Of a stretch of DNA of 64,000 bases, positions 48,983 through 58,873 are shown one piece after another (within the stretch, counting starts at the first letter, position 1; each line of letters opens with the position of its first letter). The notes beneath the pieces are model-generated. The model had not been told where the DNA came from. It ran no database searches and saw only the letters and a program-made list of their open reading frames with translations. The position numbers and the translations under genes are program-made. Origin of the DNA: Candidatus Bathyarchaeota archaeon (lineage in GTDB: Archaea > Thermoproteota > Bathyarchaeia > TCS64); assembly GCA_963771885.1 (NCBI GenBank), contig CAVYVF010000023.1, positions 384,001 to 448,000 of the forward strand, written 5' to 3'.

Positions 48983-49333
48983 TTACTTCGTCGTTATGGT
49001 GTACTGAACGCCGAGAGGCGCAAGGATCTCATCGATCTGCTCGATGAGCATGTTGATCTGCTCCATCTTCGGCTCCTTGAACCACTCGAAGATAAAGTCA
49101 TAGTCACCCAACTTAGTGCTGCTCTTACTAATGATCGTTCCACAACGCTTCTCTGGGATTCCACCCATCGTGGAGAAGTAGTTCATAACGCCCTCTTGGG
49201 CATTAAACTGGGGCATAGCCGACTCGATCATGGTATCCATGATGCAGACCTCGGGCATGTTGACGGCGAGCTTCTCGAGTGCCTTGATCGCCTTGAGGAG
49301 CGGTGGGCCGTAGATCCTAACATAGCTCTTCAT
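48983..49333 (-). CDS. Hypothetical protein
   Basis: Clean ORF with RBS-like GAGGT and host-like codon usage. Confidence 0.7.
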   Translation of the reverse strand: MKSYVRIYGPPLLKAIKALEKLAVNMPEVCIMDTMIESAMPQFNAQEGVMNYFSTMGGIPEKRCGTIISKSSTKLGDYDFIFEWFKEPKMEQINMLIEQIDEILAPLGVQYTITTK

Positions 49334-49391
49334 TAACAGACCTCACATAGGTTGATGAAAGCGTAGTTTATTAAAATTTAGCATTCCGACC

Positions 49392-49859
49392 TCAGATTGT
49401 CGCCAGCTGTCGCTCAATATCAGCATATTTAGGCTCCACGCCGGGGTCGTCGGACACCCACTTCCACTTGAGAACGCCGTCCGCGTCAGCTATGAAGACG
49501 CTTCTTTTGGCCACATTGTAGCCCTTAAGACCGGCGAAGTTCCTAAGTTCGACACCGTACTCCTTCACGGTGTCACGTGTGTAGTCGCTGAGTAGGGGGA
49601 AGTTCAGGGCATTATCGTCGTGAAAACCCTTGAGGCTGAAGGGGTCGTTCACGCTGATGCCCACAATTTGGGCTTCTAGCTTCTCGAGCTTTGCTAGGTC
49701 GTCGCGGAGAGTGCACATCTCCTTCTTGCAGGTACCTGTAAAGGCACCGGGGAAGAAGGCAAGCACGAGTTTTCGCCCCTTCCACTCCTTGAGGCTGCGC
49801 TTCCTGAAGTTCATGTCAACGAGCGTGAAGTCGGGTAGCTTTTCCCCTATCTCAACCAT
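49392..49859 (-). CDS. Peroxiredoxin (Bcp/AhpE-like)
   Basis: FFPGAFTGTCKKEMC. Confidence 0.92.
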   Translation of the reverse strand: MVEIGEKLPDFTLVDMNFRKRSLKEWKGRKLVLAFFPGAFTGTCKKEMCTLRDDLAKLEKLEAQIVGISVNDPFSLKGFHDDNALNFPLLSDYTRDTVKEYGVELRNFAGLKGYNVAKRSVFIADADGVLKWKWVSDDPGVEPKYADIERQLATI

Positions 49860-50117
49860 TATTCATCGTCTGATTATTGGGAGAAACCGGTTTTTAAACT
49901 GACTGGGGAGACGCATCTGACGCTCTTCACCCTCAGCGAGTCGATGTTTATTATCTCCTTTCTGGTCAGATTGTAGCCAACGAATTTTTGGGGGGCTGTT
50001 ATTTTTAAGGCAGATCTCGGTGCCGGCCTCTTCCGTCAGTGCCAGCGCGCGCAGTCAATGAGGGGTGGCACGTCAAGTCTCATTAACCCGCAGACGCATA
50101 CCTCCCCGGTGCATGTT

Positions 50118-50483
50118 ATGCCGAAGATTGACGGGCTTGTTACCTTCCTTTACTATGACGACCTCGCCAAAGCAGCGAAGTTCTACACCGAGGTTATGGG
50201 TCTAAAAGTGATAGTGGATCAGGGCTGGGCGAAGATACTGCGGCTCACCGATACGGCGAACGTGGGCCTTGTTGACGGTAAAAAAGGGAGTCTCCGCCCC
50301 AGTAAAGATAAACCGGTGATGTTAACTATCCTCGTCCCCGACGTCGACGCGTGGTACACTCACTTCAAAAAGCTCGGCGTTCCTACTATGAGCGAGCCCC
50401 ACGACGAGCCTGGAATGAACCTACGCCAGTTCATGCTCAAAGACCCTGAAGGCTACGTCATCGAGATGCAGCACTTCTACTAA
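50118..50483 (+). CDS. VOC/glyoxalase family protein
   Basis: FYTEVMGL, DVDAWY, KDPEGYVIE. Confidence 0.88.
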   Translation: MPKIDGLVTFLYYDDLAKAAKFYTEVMGLKVIVDQGWAKILRLTDTANVGLVDGKKGSLRPSKDKPVMLTILVPDVDAWYTHFKKLGVPTMSEPHDEPGMNLRQFMLKDPEGYVIEMQHFY

Positions 50484-50545
50484 GCCTACCCACCTTGTTT
50501 TGGTAAAGCATAAATCCCCGTCTTCATGGCTCATCAGGATACGCG

Positions 50546-51868
50546 ATGAGCGCAAAGACGCCGCGACAGTACTATGATGAGGTCCTCACCGCCCTGCAGG
50601 ACCATCACAGGGCGTTCAACCGGTACATTCCCCTCATAGCGAGTGAGAACGTGCCGAGCCCCGCTGTGCGAGAGGCGATGACCACCGACTTCGGTAACCG
50701 CTACGCGGAGGGCTGGGTCGGGGAGCGCGTCTATGCTGGCTGCGAGTGGATAGACAAAGTCGAGTACGCCTGCATAGAGCTTGAGAAGAAGCTGTTTAAG
50801 GCGGAGTTCGTCGATCCTCGCCCAATCTCAGGCGTTGTCTCAAACCTCGTAGTCTACACCGCCTTCACGGAGCCCGGGGACACCATAATGGCGCTCCCCA
50901 TCACCTGCGGCGGGCACATCACATATGGACGAAAAAACCTCGGAGGTACAGCCGGCGCGGTCACCGGTCTCGAGGTTGAGTACCTTCCCCTCGACTATGA
51001 GGAGCTGAACATTGATGTTGATAAGACGGCGCAGAGGCTCATGAAGCTTGTCGAGGAGGGCAAAGCGCCGAAACTCGTAATCTTCGGCGGTAGCGTCTTC
51101 CCGTTCCCGCACCCCGTCGAGGAGCTCGCGGGAGTCTTTCATGACGCAGGCGCATTGATCCACTACGATAGCGCGCACGTCAGTGGCCTCATCGCAGGGG
51201 GCAAGTTCCAGGACCCGCTACGGGAAGGCGTCGACACAGTTACCGTAAGCACGCACAAGACGTTCTTCGGCCCCCAACACGGCACTGTACTCAGCTGGGA
51301 CAAGTACGCCGAGCCAATCAAGAAGGCGACACTACCCGGCCTAGTCAGCAACCACCACCTACACGCGCTCGCCGGCGTCGCAATCGCCTGCGCTGAGATG
51401 CTCCAGTTCGGAGAGGCTTATGCCGAGCAGGTCATCAGGAACAGTAAGGCGCTAGGACAGGCACTCTATGAGCGGGGCTTCAAGGTCCTCGCCGAGCACA
51501 AAGGATTCACCGAGAGCCACATTCTTCTCATCGACATAACCAAGTTCGGCCTCGGCGGCGACATCGAGAAGAAGCTTGAGAAGGCGGGCATCATCATAAA
51601 CCGCAATCTCCTCCCCTGGGACGTAAAGGAGGGGCGCCACTACATGAATCCCGGTGGCATACGCCTAGGCACCTCGGAACTCACACGCCTTGGCATGAAG
51701 GAGGGCGAGATGGTCGAGGTCGCCGAGCTCATGAAGCGCGTAGTCGTCGACGGTGAGGACCCTGCGAAGGTCGGCGCCGACGCTGCCGAGCTCCGCAGCG
51801 ACTACGAGAAGGTCCAGTACTGCTTCGAGAACTCTACCAAGGCCTACGAGTATGTCAAAATCAGGTAG
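50546..51868 (+). CDS. glyA: Serine hydroxymethyltransferase (archaeal type)
   Basis: LIASEN, RYAEG, STHKTFFGP, GIRLGT. Confidence 0.96.
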   Translation: MSAKTPRQYYDEVLTALQDHHRAFNRYIPLIASENVPSPAVREAMTTDFGNRYAEGWVGERVYAGCEWIDKVEYACIELEKKLFKAEFVDPRPISGVVSNLVVYTAFTEPGDTIMALPITCGGHITYGRKNLGGTAGAVTGLEVEYLPLDYEELNIDVDKTAQRLMKLVEEGKAPKLVIFGGSVFPFPHPVEELAGVFHDAGALIHYDSAHVSGLIAGGKFQDPLREGVDTVTVSTHKTFFGPQHGTVLSWDKYAEPIKKATLPGLVSNHHLHALAGVAIACAEMLQFGEAYAEQVIRNSKALGQALYERGFKVLAEHKGFTESHILLIDITKFGLGGDIEKKLEKAGIIINRNLLPWDVKEGRHYMNPGGIRLGTSELTRLGMKEGEMVEVAELMKRVVVDGEDPAKVGADAAELRSDYEKVQYCFENSTKAYEYVKIR

Positions 51869-51931
51869 CCGGGCATAGTTTCTTAACACCCGGTCATGAC
51901 TAATTCTACAGTTCTAGGGAGAGATGCATCC

Positions 51932-53080
51932 ATGGATGAGACACAAATCAGGAGGCTCGTCGAGGCGAGCGGCTGCGCCGCCTTTGTCGTCTTCGGGGCC
52001 GACAACTTCCGTTACGTAACCGGCGCGACACTGCCCTTCGCGGAGAACTACCCGGAGAGGCAGGCCGCGGCTGTGATCCCCGCCGATGGGAACACATGCG
52101 CCGTAGTCACCCCAGTAGACTGGATCCAGGCTGTGAAAGACCAAGGCTGGAAGGAGGCGGCGGTCGCCTATGACGAGAACGAGGGACCTCACCCTGCAGC
52201 ATTCGCAAAGACCCTCGCGAAGACGTTGGCGGGCATGGGATTAACAAAGGGCAATATCGGGTACGACTCTGAGCGCGCCTCCGCCGGCCTCGTCGAGGCG
52301 GTGAAGGCGGTGTCGAAGGCGAAGCTCGTCGCCATCGACTCTACCCTCGCGGGGGCACGTGCCGTAAAGACTCCCGCCGAGGTCGCCCTCATCGAGCAGA
52401 GCTGCGAGTTCGCTGACAGGGGCATCATACACGCCCTCAACCACCTAGAGGGCACACTCTGGGGGCCAGGCTACACAGTGCCCGAGTTCGCGGAGAGGGT
52501 GAGAGTGCACGCCTTCGAGAGCGGCGCTAGCGGCATCGGCCACATGGCGGTCACGATGGGCGACGACACGCGCCTCGCCTACACGCCCCACCGCGGCGAC
52601 GTCGACGAGGGCCTCGTCATAAGGAGCGACATCACGTGCCACACGATGGGTTACTGGTGCAGCATAAGCCGTATGGCGTACACCGGCTACGCGCCTCCCG
52701 AGGTTGAGGATGCCTACGCCGACAACCAGTACCTTAAACGCGTCGCCGAGGACATGCTCAAGCCCGGCGCCCGCTGCGACAAGATCCATGTCAAGGTTGC
52801 CTCCGAGGCTGAGAAGGCCGGCATTAAGCTACACAGCCCCCTCATAGGGGTGGGTGTCGGCTGTAGCCACTTCGAGGCGCCATACATCGTAGCCGGCAAC
52901 CCCGCCGAGCTAAAGACGGGCAACGTCGTCGCCCTCGGCGTCGAGACGCTCGGTCCACGCAGGGAGATAATCGTCGACCGAGACGTCTACGAGATCACGC
53001 ATGAAGGTGCGCGCAAGCTCAGTTGGTACAGGTGCTGGGATAGCATATACGAGGTGACGGGCTTCAGGGCCGTCCACTAG
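51932..53080 (+). CDS. M24/creatinase-fold protein with degenerate metal site (paralogue 1)
   Basis: Creatinase N-domain, ARAVKTPAEV, HFEAP. Confidence 0.8.
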   Translation: MDETQIRRLVEASGCAAFVVFGADNFRYVTGATLPFAENYPERQAAAVIPADGNTCAVVTPVDWIQAVKDQGWKEAAVAYDENEGPHPAAFAKTLAKTLAGMGLTKGNIGYDSERASAGLVEAVKAVSKAKLVAIDSTLAGARAVKTPAEVALIEQSCEFADRGIIHALNHLEGTLWGPGYTVPEFAERVRVHAFESGASGIGHMAVTMGDDTRLAYTPHRGDVDEGLVIRSDITCHTMGYWCSISRMAYTGYAPPEVEDAYADNQYLKRVAEDMLKPGARCDKIHVKVASEAEKAGIKLHSPLIGVGVGCSHFEAPYIVAGNPAELKTGNVVALGVETLGPRREIIVDRDVYEITHEGARKLSWYRCWDSIYEVTGFRAVH

Positions 53081-53092
53081 GAGGAATATGGA

Positions 53093-54241
53093 ATGGAACT
53101 GTACGACAGGATCGAAGCAGCGGTCAAGGGAGGCACGTTCGACTACGTACTCGTGACGGGGGCGGACAACTTCGCCTACATGGCTGGGGCGGCTGTGCCG
53201 TTCCTCGCCCTCTACCCGAAGAGCCCCGTAGCGGTATTATGGCCGAAAAGGGGCGACCCGACGATAATAGTCCCCGAGGAGTGGGAGGAGACCATAGTCA
53301 CGCTCAGCAGCGTCAAGAAAGCAGTCACGTACAGCGGAGGCGTCGACGCCTTCACTGCGGCTGCCACAAGTCTGCTCAAGCATAAGAAGGAAGCACGAGT
53401 GGGCGTCGACCTCCTACGCATCTCCGACGCGACGCTCCAGAAGCTAAGGAAGCTTCTTCCCGACGCCGTGTGGGCGCCGGCGGACGGACTCATCCGAGAG
53501 CTACGCGCCGTTAAGACCGACGAGGAGCTAGAACTCCTCGAGGACGTCGCATACAGGGTCGACCACGGTATCTTCGGCACACAGCACCACGTACTCATCA
53601 CGAGTACACGCAGTGAGATGAGCCTCGGCGAGGAGGTACGCGTACACTGCCTTGAAAGGGGTCTCGATGTGGTCGCGGGGCACAGCGTCAGCCAAGGCGC
53701 GAGCGGAGTAAACGCTACCAAGTTCTGGCCAAGGGCTCCCTACTATGGCATCGGCCACGAGAAGAAACTCGCAGCGGGCGAATACGTCCGTATGGAAGCC
53801 CGGTACAGCATAGACGGTTACTGGGGCACAGGGAGCCGCCTGATGACTCAGGGCTACCCGACCGCTGAGCAGAGGGAGGCCTATAACACCTTGGTCGCCC
53901 TTAGGGAAGCAGCCCTCGCGGCGATAAAGCCCGGCGCCAAGTGCAGCTCCGTCTACAAGGAGATGAAGGCAGAGGCGAAAAGGCGTAGCGCCAAGCTCGT
54001 CGAGGGACTAGCACTCGGACACGGTATAGGAGTCGCCGACGTCGAGGCGCCGTACCTCTCCGCCAAGGACGACACTGTGCTCTGTCCAGGGATGGCCATC
54101 GTCATCCGCCCCGTCATCGAGGGGCCGAAGGGAGAGCTGCTGTGGAGCAGTGACACCGTCGTCGTCGAGGAGGATGGTCCACGCGTCGTGGGCTGGTACA
54201 AGGATTGGCGCGCCCCCTACGTAGCCAACTACACCCTATAG
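53093..54241 (+). CDS. M24/creatinase-fold protein with degenerate metal site (paralogue 2)
   Basis: LRAVKTDEEL, GHGIG..VEAP. Confidence 0.8.
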   Translation: MELYDRIEAAVKGGTFDYVLVTGADNFAYMAGAAVPFLALYPKSPVAVLWPKRGDPTIIVPEEWEETIVTLSSVKKAVTYSGGVDAFTAAATSLLKHKKEARVGVDLLRISDATLQKLRKLLPDAVWAPADGLIRELRAVKTDEELELLEDVAYRVDHGIFGTQHHVLITSTRSEMSLGEEVRVHCLERGLDVVAGHSVSQGASGVNATKFWPRAPYYGIGHEKKLAAGEYVRMEARYSIDGYWGTGSRLMTQGYPTAEQREAYNTLVALREAALAAIKPGAKCSSVYKEMKAEAKRRSAKLVEGLALGHGIGVADVEAPYLSAKDDTVLCPGMAIVIRPVIEGPKGELLWSSDTVVVEEDGPRVVGWYKDWRAPYVANYTL

Positions 54242-54251
54242 GTGCTACGGC

Positions 54252-55202
54252 GTGTCACTGAACGTAGCCGGCGCGGAAGTTCAGCCGGGAACCAGGGCTA
54301 GGGGATACCTCCGCGTCTCGGAGGCATCCACACACGAGGTCACGGTTCCATGGGTCGCCTTCAACGGCCTCTTCCCGGGGCCAACCCTCTGCGTCATTGG
54401 AGGCGTCCATAGCCTCGAATCCACCCCCATTGAGGGGCTCTTCAGGATAATCGACGAGCTTGACCCGTCGAATATGATGGGGAGGCTCTTAATCGTCCCA
54501 TTCGTCAACTCCACTGGGTTCAACGCCCGCACGCCATACGATAACCCGTGGGACCACCTCAACCAGAACAGGGTCTGGCCCGGCGACGCAGAGGGACCGT
54601 TGACAAAGCGGGTGGCGCACGCCGTCTGGAGCGAGTTCCTCGCGAAGGCTGATGCGGTTGTCGACGCCCACTCCGCCGACCTCGGCGAGGATGCAACACG
54701 CAGTGTCTTCATCTTCAAAACGGGGGATGAGGCGCTGAGGGGCAGGATGCTGGACATGGCGGGGTGCTGGGATGTCGACTACATCGAGACCGCGGCGGTG
54801 GCGGGCAACACGGGCGAAGTCGTGCCCCGCCTAGGCGTCCCATGCGTCATGACAGAGTCCGGCGCCCCATACCCTCTCAGGGAGAAGGACGCCTGGTGGT
54901 TCGCCAAGGGCATCTACAACCTCATGCGCCACCTCGGCATAACCCCCGGCGACCCGGTCGTCAGGAAGGTGCCCGTCGACCCAGAGTCCCGCCGACTCTA
55001 TGCCACTCGGGGAGGGGCCTGGAGAAAGCTAGTCGAGGCTGGCACAAAGGTGAAGGAGGGACAGCGCCTAGGCACCGTCTATAGCCTCGTAGGGGAGAAC
55101 CTGCAGGAGGTCCACGCCCCATTCGACGGCACCGTGACTTTCCTACGCACCCACTTCAGTGTCAACGAGGGCGACACTCTCCTCTGGCTGACCCGAGTGT
55201 GA
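54252..55202 (+). CDS. Succinylglutamate desuccinylase/aspartoacylase (M14-like) deacylase
   Basis: GGVHSLE, NQNRVWPG, VDAHS, TESG, C-terminal barrel-sandwich domain. Confidence 0.88.
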   Translation: MSLNVAGAEVQPGTRARGYLRVSEASTHEVTVPWVAFNGLFPGPTLCVIGGVHSLESTPIEGLFRIIDELDPSNMMGRLLIVPFVNSTGFNARTPYDNPWDHLNQNRVWPGDAEGPLTKRVAHAVWSEFLAKADAVVDAHSADLGEDATRSVFIFKTGDEALRGRMLDMAGCWDVDYIETAAVAGNTGEVVPRLGVPCVMTESGAPYPLREKDAWWFAKGIYNLMRHLGITPGDPVVRKVPVDPESRRLYATRGGAWRKLVEAGTKVKEGQRLGTVYSLVGENLQEVHAPFDGTVTFLRTHFSVNEGDTLLWLTRV

Positions 55203-55394
55203 GCAGGTTGGCAGCCCACCTGCGGCTATAGCGTCATGGAATGTGTAACAAGGGCTCTTGGATTGGAGCTTCCGCTCCTGATGTGCCCAGTATCGAAGCG
55301 TGTAAAATAGCCTGGAGTTAACAGAACTCGGCGACAGTTCTTTAATACACCAAACGTAGGTTTCTGTGAGGCAACCCTACGAGGAGTGCCCATA

Positions 55395-56609
55395 ATGTAC
55401 GACTTTCTAACTTTAGACGACGTAGAGGTGAAGGGGAAGAGAGTCTTCCTCCGCGTAGATATCAACAGCCCCCTCGACCCGGCGTCGAAGAGGATACTAG
55501 ACGATGCAAGGATAAGGGCGACGGAGGCAACCCTCAGAGGATCTCAAGGAGGCGAAGGTTGTAATAGGCGCGCACCAGAGCCGCCCCGGCAAGTACGACT
55601 TCACCAACCTCGAGGCCCACACCCGTGTGATTCAGATGTACCACGGGAACAAGGTAAAGTTCGTTGAGGACATCGACGGTCCCAAGGCGCAGGACGCCAT
55701 AAAGGCGTTAAAGGTCGGAGAGGTCCTCGTCTTAAACAACATGCGTATGCACAAGGACGAGAATCTCGACGCGCCTCCGGAGAATCTCGCCGAGACGGGG
55801 CTCGTCAAGACACTCGCTCCCCTCTTCGACCTCTGCGTAAACGATGCCTTCGCCGCGGCACACAGGGGTTCGGCGAGCCTCACGGCCTTCGGCGAGGTCA
55901 TGCCGATGGCGGCTGGCAGGCTCATGGAGAAGGAGCTTACGGCCCTCAACAAGGTCATCTACAACCCATCGCGCCCCACTGTCTACCTCCTCGGAGGCGC
56001 CAAGGTCGACGACCGCATCCCCGTAATCAATAGGGTCCTCAAGGACAAGATAGCCGACCATATACTCATCGGCGGCCTCATCAGGGACAGCTTCCACATG
56101 GCAAGTGGCGCTATGCCCGAGCGTTATCGCCAAGCTCAAGGAGGAGGATAAAAAGCTCGTCGCCGAGGCAGGCGTGATTCTAAAGAAGTACAAGAAAAAC
56201 ATCGAGCTCCCCGTTGGACGTCGCCCTCGATACGAAGGGCGGACGCATCGAGGTCCTCACAAGCCAGATCACGGACGAGACCAACATCTACGATGTAGGC
56301 CTGAACACGGTGGCGAAGTTCAGCAAGTTCATCCGCGAGGCGGGCACAGTCGTCGCCGAGGGCCCACTCGGCATGTTCGAGCGCCGCGGCTTCGACGTCG
56401 GCACGAAGGAGCTGCTGCGCGTCATGGCTGAGGCTCCCGGCTACACCGTCGTAGGGGGAGGCCATATGGGCGGGCTCGCCAGCATGCTCGGCATCGACGT
56501 CAAGATGAAGCACGTCAGCACCGGCGGCGGAGCCATGCTGAGCCTCCTCGCGGGTGAGGAGCTGCCAGTCATCGAGGCGATGGCTAAGGCGAAGAAGCGC
56601 TGGGGCTAG
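55395..56609 (+). CDS. pgk: Phosphoglycerate kinase, about three apparent frameshifts
   Basis: RVDINSP, HQSRPG (out of frame), NDAFAAAHR, LGGAKV, GPLGMFE, HVSTGGGA. Confidence 0.92.
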
Positions 56610-57115
56610 ATGCGGCGAAGGACCTGCAACTGCATCTGGGCGTAGATGGGTTGTTCGTTGTACTTTATGAGAGGCACATAGTTCCATGGCAGCTTGTCGT
56701 AGCTTCCGAACAGCCTATCCATCTTCAGGGCTAGGTAGCTCTCACCGAGGTCCTCGATGGCGTATGTCAGGTCAGTGAGTGCCTCGTTGAGCCAGCCCGT
56801 CCTCGGAGGCGCCGCGAGTCGTTGGTACTGTATCCCGTACTTGATTAGATCGGGTTCCTTGAACTTGGTGAAGACCTGGTCCCTGCCTGTTGACCATGCA
56901 GTCGAGGATAGGCTCGCCTGCTTCTCGGAGAGTCCCGCTTGTCTGGCTATCTTCTTGACGCTGAGCGGCTCGATGACGGGCTTAGTCGTAACCTCGTAGA
57001 GGATCTTCCTCGAGTGGCGACCGAACTGCATATCCTCGAGCTCGTCCTTCGTCTTGAGCTTGAATGTGCCCTCGTTGAGCATCCTTATCGCTTCAACGCC
57101 AATTATCGGAGCCAA
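56606..57115 (-). CDS. Hypothetical protein
   Basis: 169-aa ORF with host-like codon usage, convergent with pgk. Confidence 0.65.
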   Translation of the reverse strand: MAPIIGVEAIRMLNEGTFKLKTKDELEDMQFGRHSRKILYEVTTKPVIEPLSVKKIARQAGLSEKQASLSSTAWSTGRDQVFTKFKEPDLIKYGIQYQRLAAPPRTGWLNEALTDLTYAIEDLGESYLALKMDRLFGSYDKLPWNYVPLIKYNEQPIYAQMQLQVLRRI

Positions 57116-57297
57116 CTAGCCGTCTTCACCGTTATGGGCGGACGCCAAGGCGTCCCAATAGACACTTCTACACCGTTCCTTTTAGCTTCACCGCCTAGCA
57201 AACCGTAGGTAAAACGTCGTAATCGGTCTTTTTCATGCGTTTTTTATTCGCCCTTGGGGGATAAAGATAAAACGAAGCCCCGCGATTAACCGGGTGC

Positions 57298-57375
57298 GGG
57301 ATCGTAGTCTAGCTTGGTTAGGATACGCGGCTTGGGCCCGCGTGGTCCCCGGTTCAAGTCCGGGCGATCCCACCA
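57298..57375 (+). tRNA. tRNA-Pro(TGG), CCA encoded
   Basis: GGGATCG...CGATCCC-A-CCA; anticodon arm CGCGG-CTTGGGC-CCGCG; GTTCAA T-loop. Confidence 0.95.
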
Positions 57376-57451
57376 CCTTCACCTACCGGGGTACTTCGGG
57401 GCTTCGAACCATTTTTAAGGACTCTCGGCGACGTGGCGATCGGTGTGAGCT

Positions 57452-57787
57452 ATGGTGAAGACGATGATGAGTCCCTGCGGGCTGGACTGCGGCGGATGCG
57501 AGTGGTATACCGGTGGGAAGCAGCCGAAATGCGCCGGCTGCTTAGCGATAGAGGGTAAGCCCTTCTGGGGCACGTGTCCGACCTACACCTGTGTTCAGGA
57601 TCATAAGGCTAAGCATTGCGGCGCATGCGCCGAGTTTCCTTGCGAGAAATTCGTGAACGCTTTCGACCCGAACGACGCCGAGGGTAAAAGGAGCGCCGTC
57701 TACCGCGCCGGCGTCGAGGCATACCGTGCCCGCCACGGCGACGAGAAGGCTACTGAACTGGTCAAGGCTACCTCGAAGTCTCACTGA
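57452..57787 (+). CDS. DUF3795-type Cys-rich protein
   Basis: PCGLDCGGC, CAGC, CPTYTC, HCGACAEFPC. Confidence 0.85.
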   Translation: MVKTMMSPCGLDCGGCEWYTGGKQPKCAGCLAIEGKPFWGTCPTYTCVQDHKAKHCGACAEFPCEKFVNAFDPNDAEGKRSAVYRAGVEAYRARHGDEKATELVKATSKSH

Positions 57788-57844
57788 GCCGACCGCGCGC
57801 CGCCGTGAAGATTTAAATCCATCTCCCCCGCTAAGTTGTTGCGC

Positions 57845-57917
57845 GCCGGGTTGGCTGAGCGGTTTAGGCGGCTGCCTGCAGAGCAGCTCTACGGGGGTTC
57901 GAATCCCTCGCCCGGCT
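57845..57917 (+). tRNA. tRNA-Cys(GCA)
   Basis: GCCGGGT...GCCCGGC-T; anticodon arm GCTGC-CTGCAGA-GCAGC; GTTCGAA. Confidence 0.93.
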
Positions 57918-57989
57918 CTTTTACTTATTTGTGAAAGATTTGATTTTATAGCATTGTTTATCCGAATAATCGTTTTTGCAGCAGCGCGG

Positions 57990-58858
57990 GTGGGTGGCTT
58001 CGTAGGCCAGCTGCTTCGGAACAAGAAGATAATCGAGGAGCTGGATAGGGGAGGCTGGTCTAAGAAAGACCTCCCCTCATGGGTGGGCTCCAGAGATCGC
58101 TGAGGCTGAGAAGGCAGGGGCAGAGACCGCTGGAGGTGGCTCAAAGACCGCTGGAGGTGGCTCAGCAACCGCTGGAGGGGGCTCAGCACCCCTGAAGACC
58201 CTCGAAACGCTGGCTGAGGGCGCTGGCTCGGAGCGACAGCCCCTGGAACTGCTCCCTACGCCTAAGCCGGCCCAGGGAGAAAGCTCAGCGCAGCGCAGCG
58301 GAGCTCAGCCAGCTCAGCGCAGCGCAGCGGAGCGCAGCGCAGCGGCTCAGCCAGCCTCAGCCAGCTCAGCGCAGCCCAGGCCCTCTCAGCCGCCTCCAGG
58401 GGAGCTGAGCCAGATGCCTGCCGAGGGTGAGGCCCCCCTAGGGGGTGACCCCAGGGGTGACTGAGCCCGCCGCGAGGGGCCTCCTCATTTCAGGTGGCAG
58501 GTACTACAAGCAGGTGCAGGCGGCCGACGGCGGCACCGCCTTCCGCGAAGTGAAGGTCCCCACGGAGGTTCTTCTCGCGGAGAAGATGGCCGCCCCCGGG
58601 AACGCGGCTGAGATGGTTATGAAGACGATGGAGGCGGAGAGCCAGGCCCTCATCAGGAAGGTGGCCCTCAACCCCAACGTCTACACCAGCTTCAACTGGA
58701 TGAGGGCCAAGGGGTACCTCGAGGAGAAGGCTTACATGGGCGACTTCATCAACGACGCGGTGATCTTCTATATGGACAAGGGCTTCGGCATGAGGGTCGC
58801 CGTCATCACGGACCCCCGCAGAAGCATCATGGGCCTCCTCAACGAGGCGCGCGCATAG
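57990..58858 (+). CDS. Hypothetical protein with long low-complexity linker; two apparent frameshifts
   Basis: GTG GGFVGQLLRNKK..., shift at ~58086 into (TAGGGS)3 and Ala/Gln/Ser/Pro tract, shift at ~58443 into the globular C-domain. Confidence 0.55.
58124..58187 (+). repeat. Three 21-bp tandem repeats
   Basis: ACCGCTGGAGG(T/G)GGCTCA at 58126, 58147, 58168. Confidence 0.9.
58282..58376 (+). repeat. Degenerate short repeats (GCGCA / GCTCAGC)
   Basis: Visible GCTCAGCGCAGCGCAGCGGA and GCTCAGCCA iterations. Confidence 0.8.
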
Positions 58859-58873
58859 CTGTGTCCAACGATT

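Noticed and set aside
55203..55330. Small hairpins between the deacylase and pgk as an sRNA
   Set aside because: Only 5-6 bp stems and no clear C/D or H/ACA boxes; indistinguishable from chance
55395..56609. pgk as a pseudogene or programmed frameshift
   Set aside because: All motifs are intact, the breaks are single-base insertions like many others in the window, and there are no slippery heptamers; error is more parsimonious
58124..58376. Possible CRISPR array or replication iterons
   Set aside because: Repeats are directly tandem with no unique spacers, the 21-bp period keeps a reading frame, and no cas or rep gene is present
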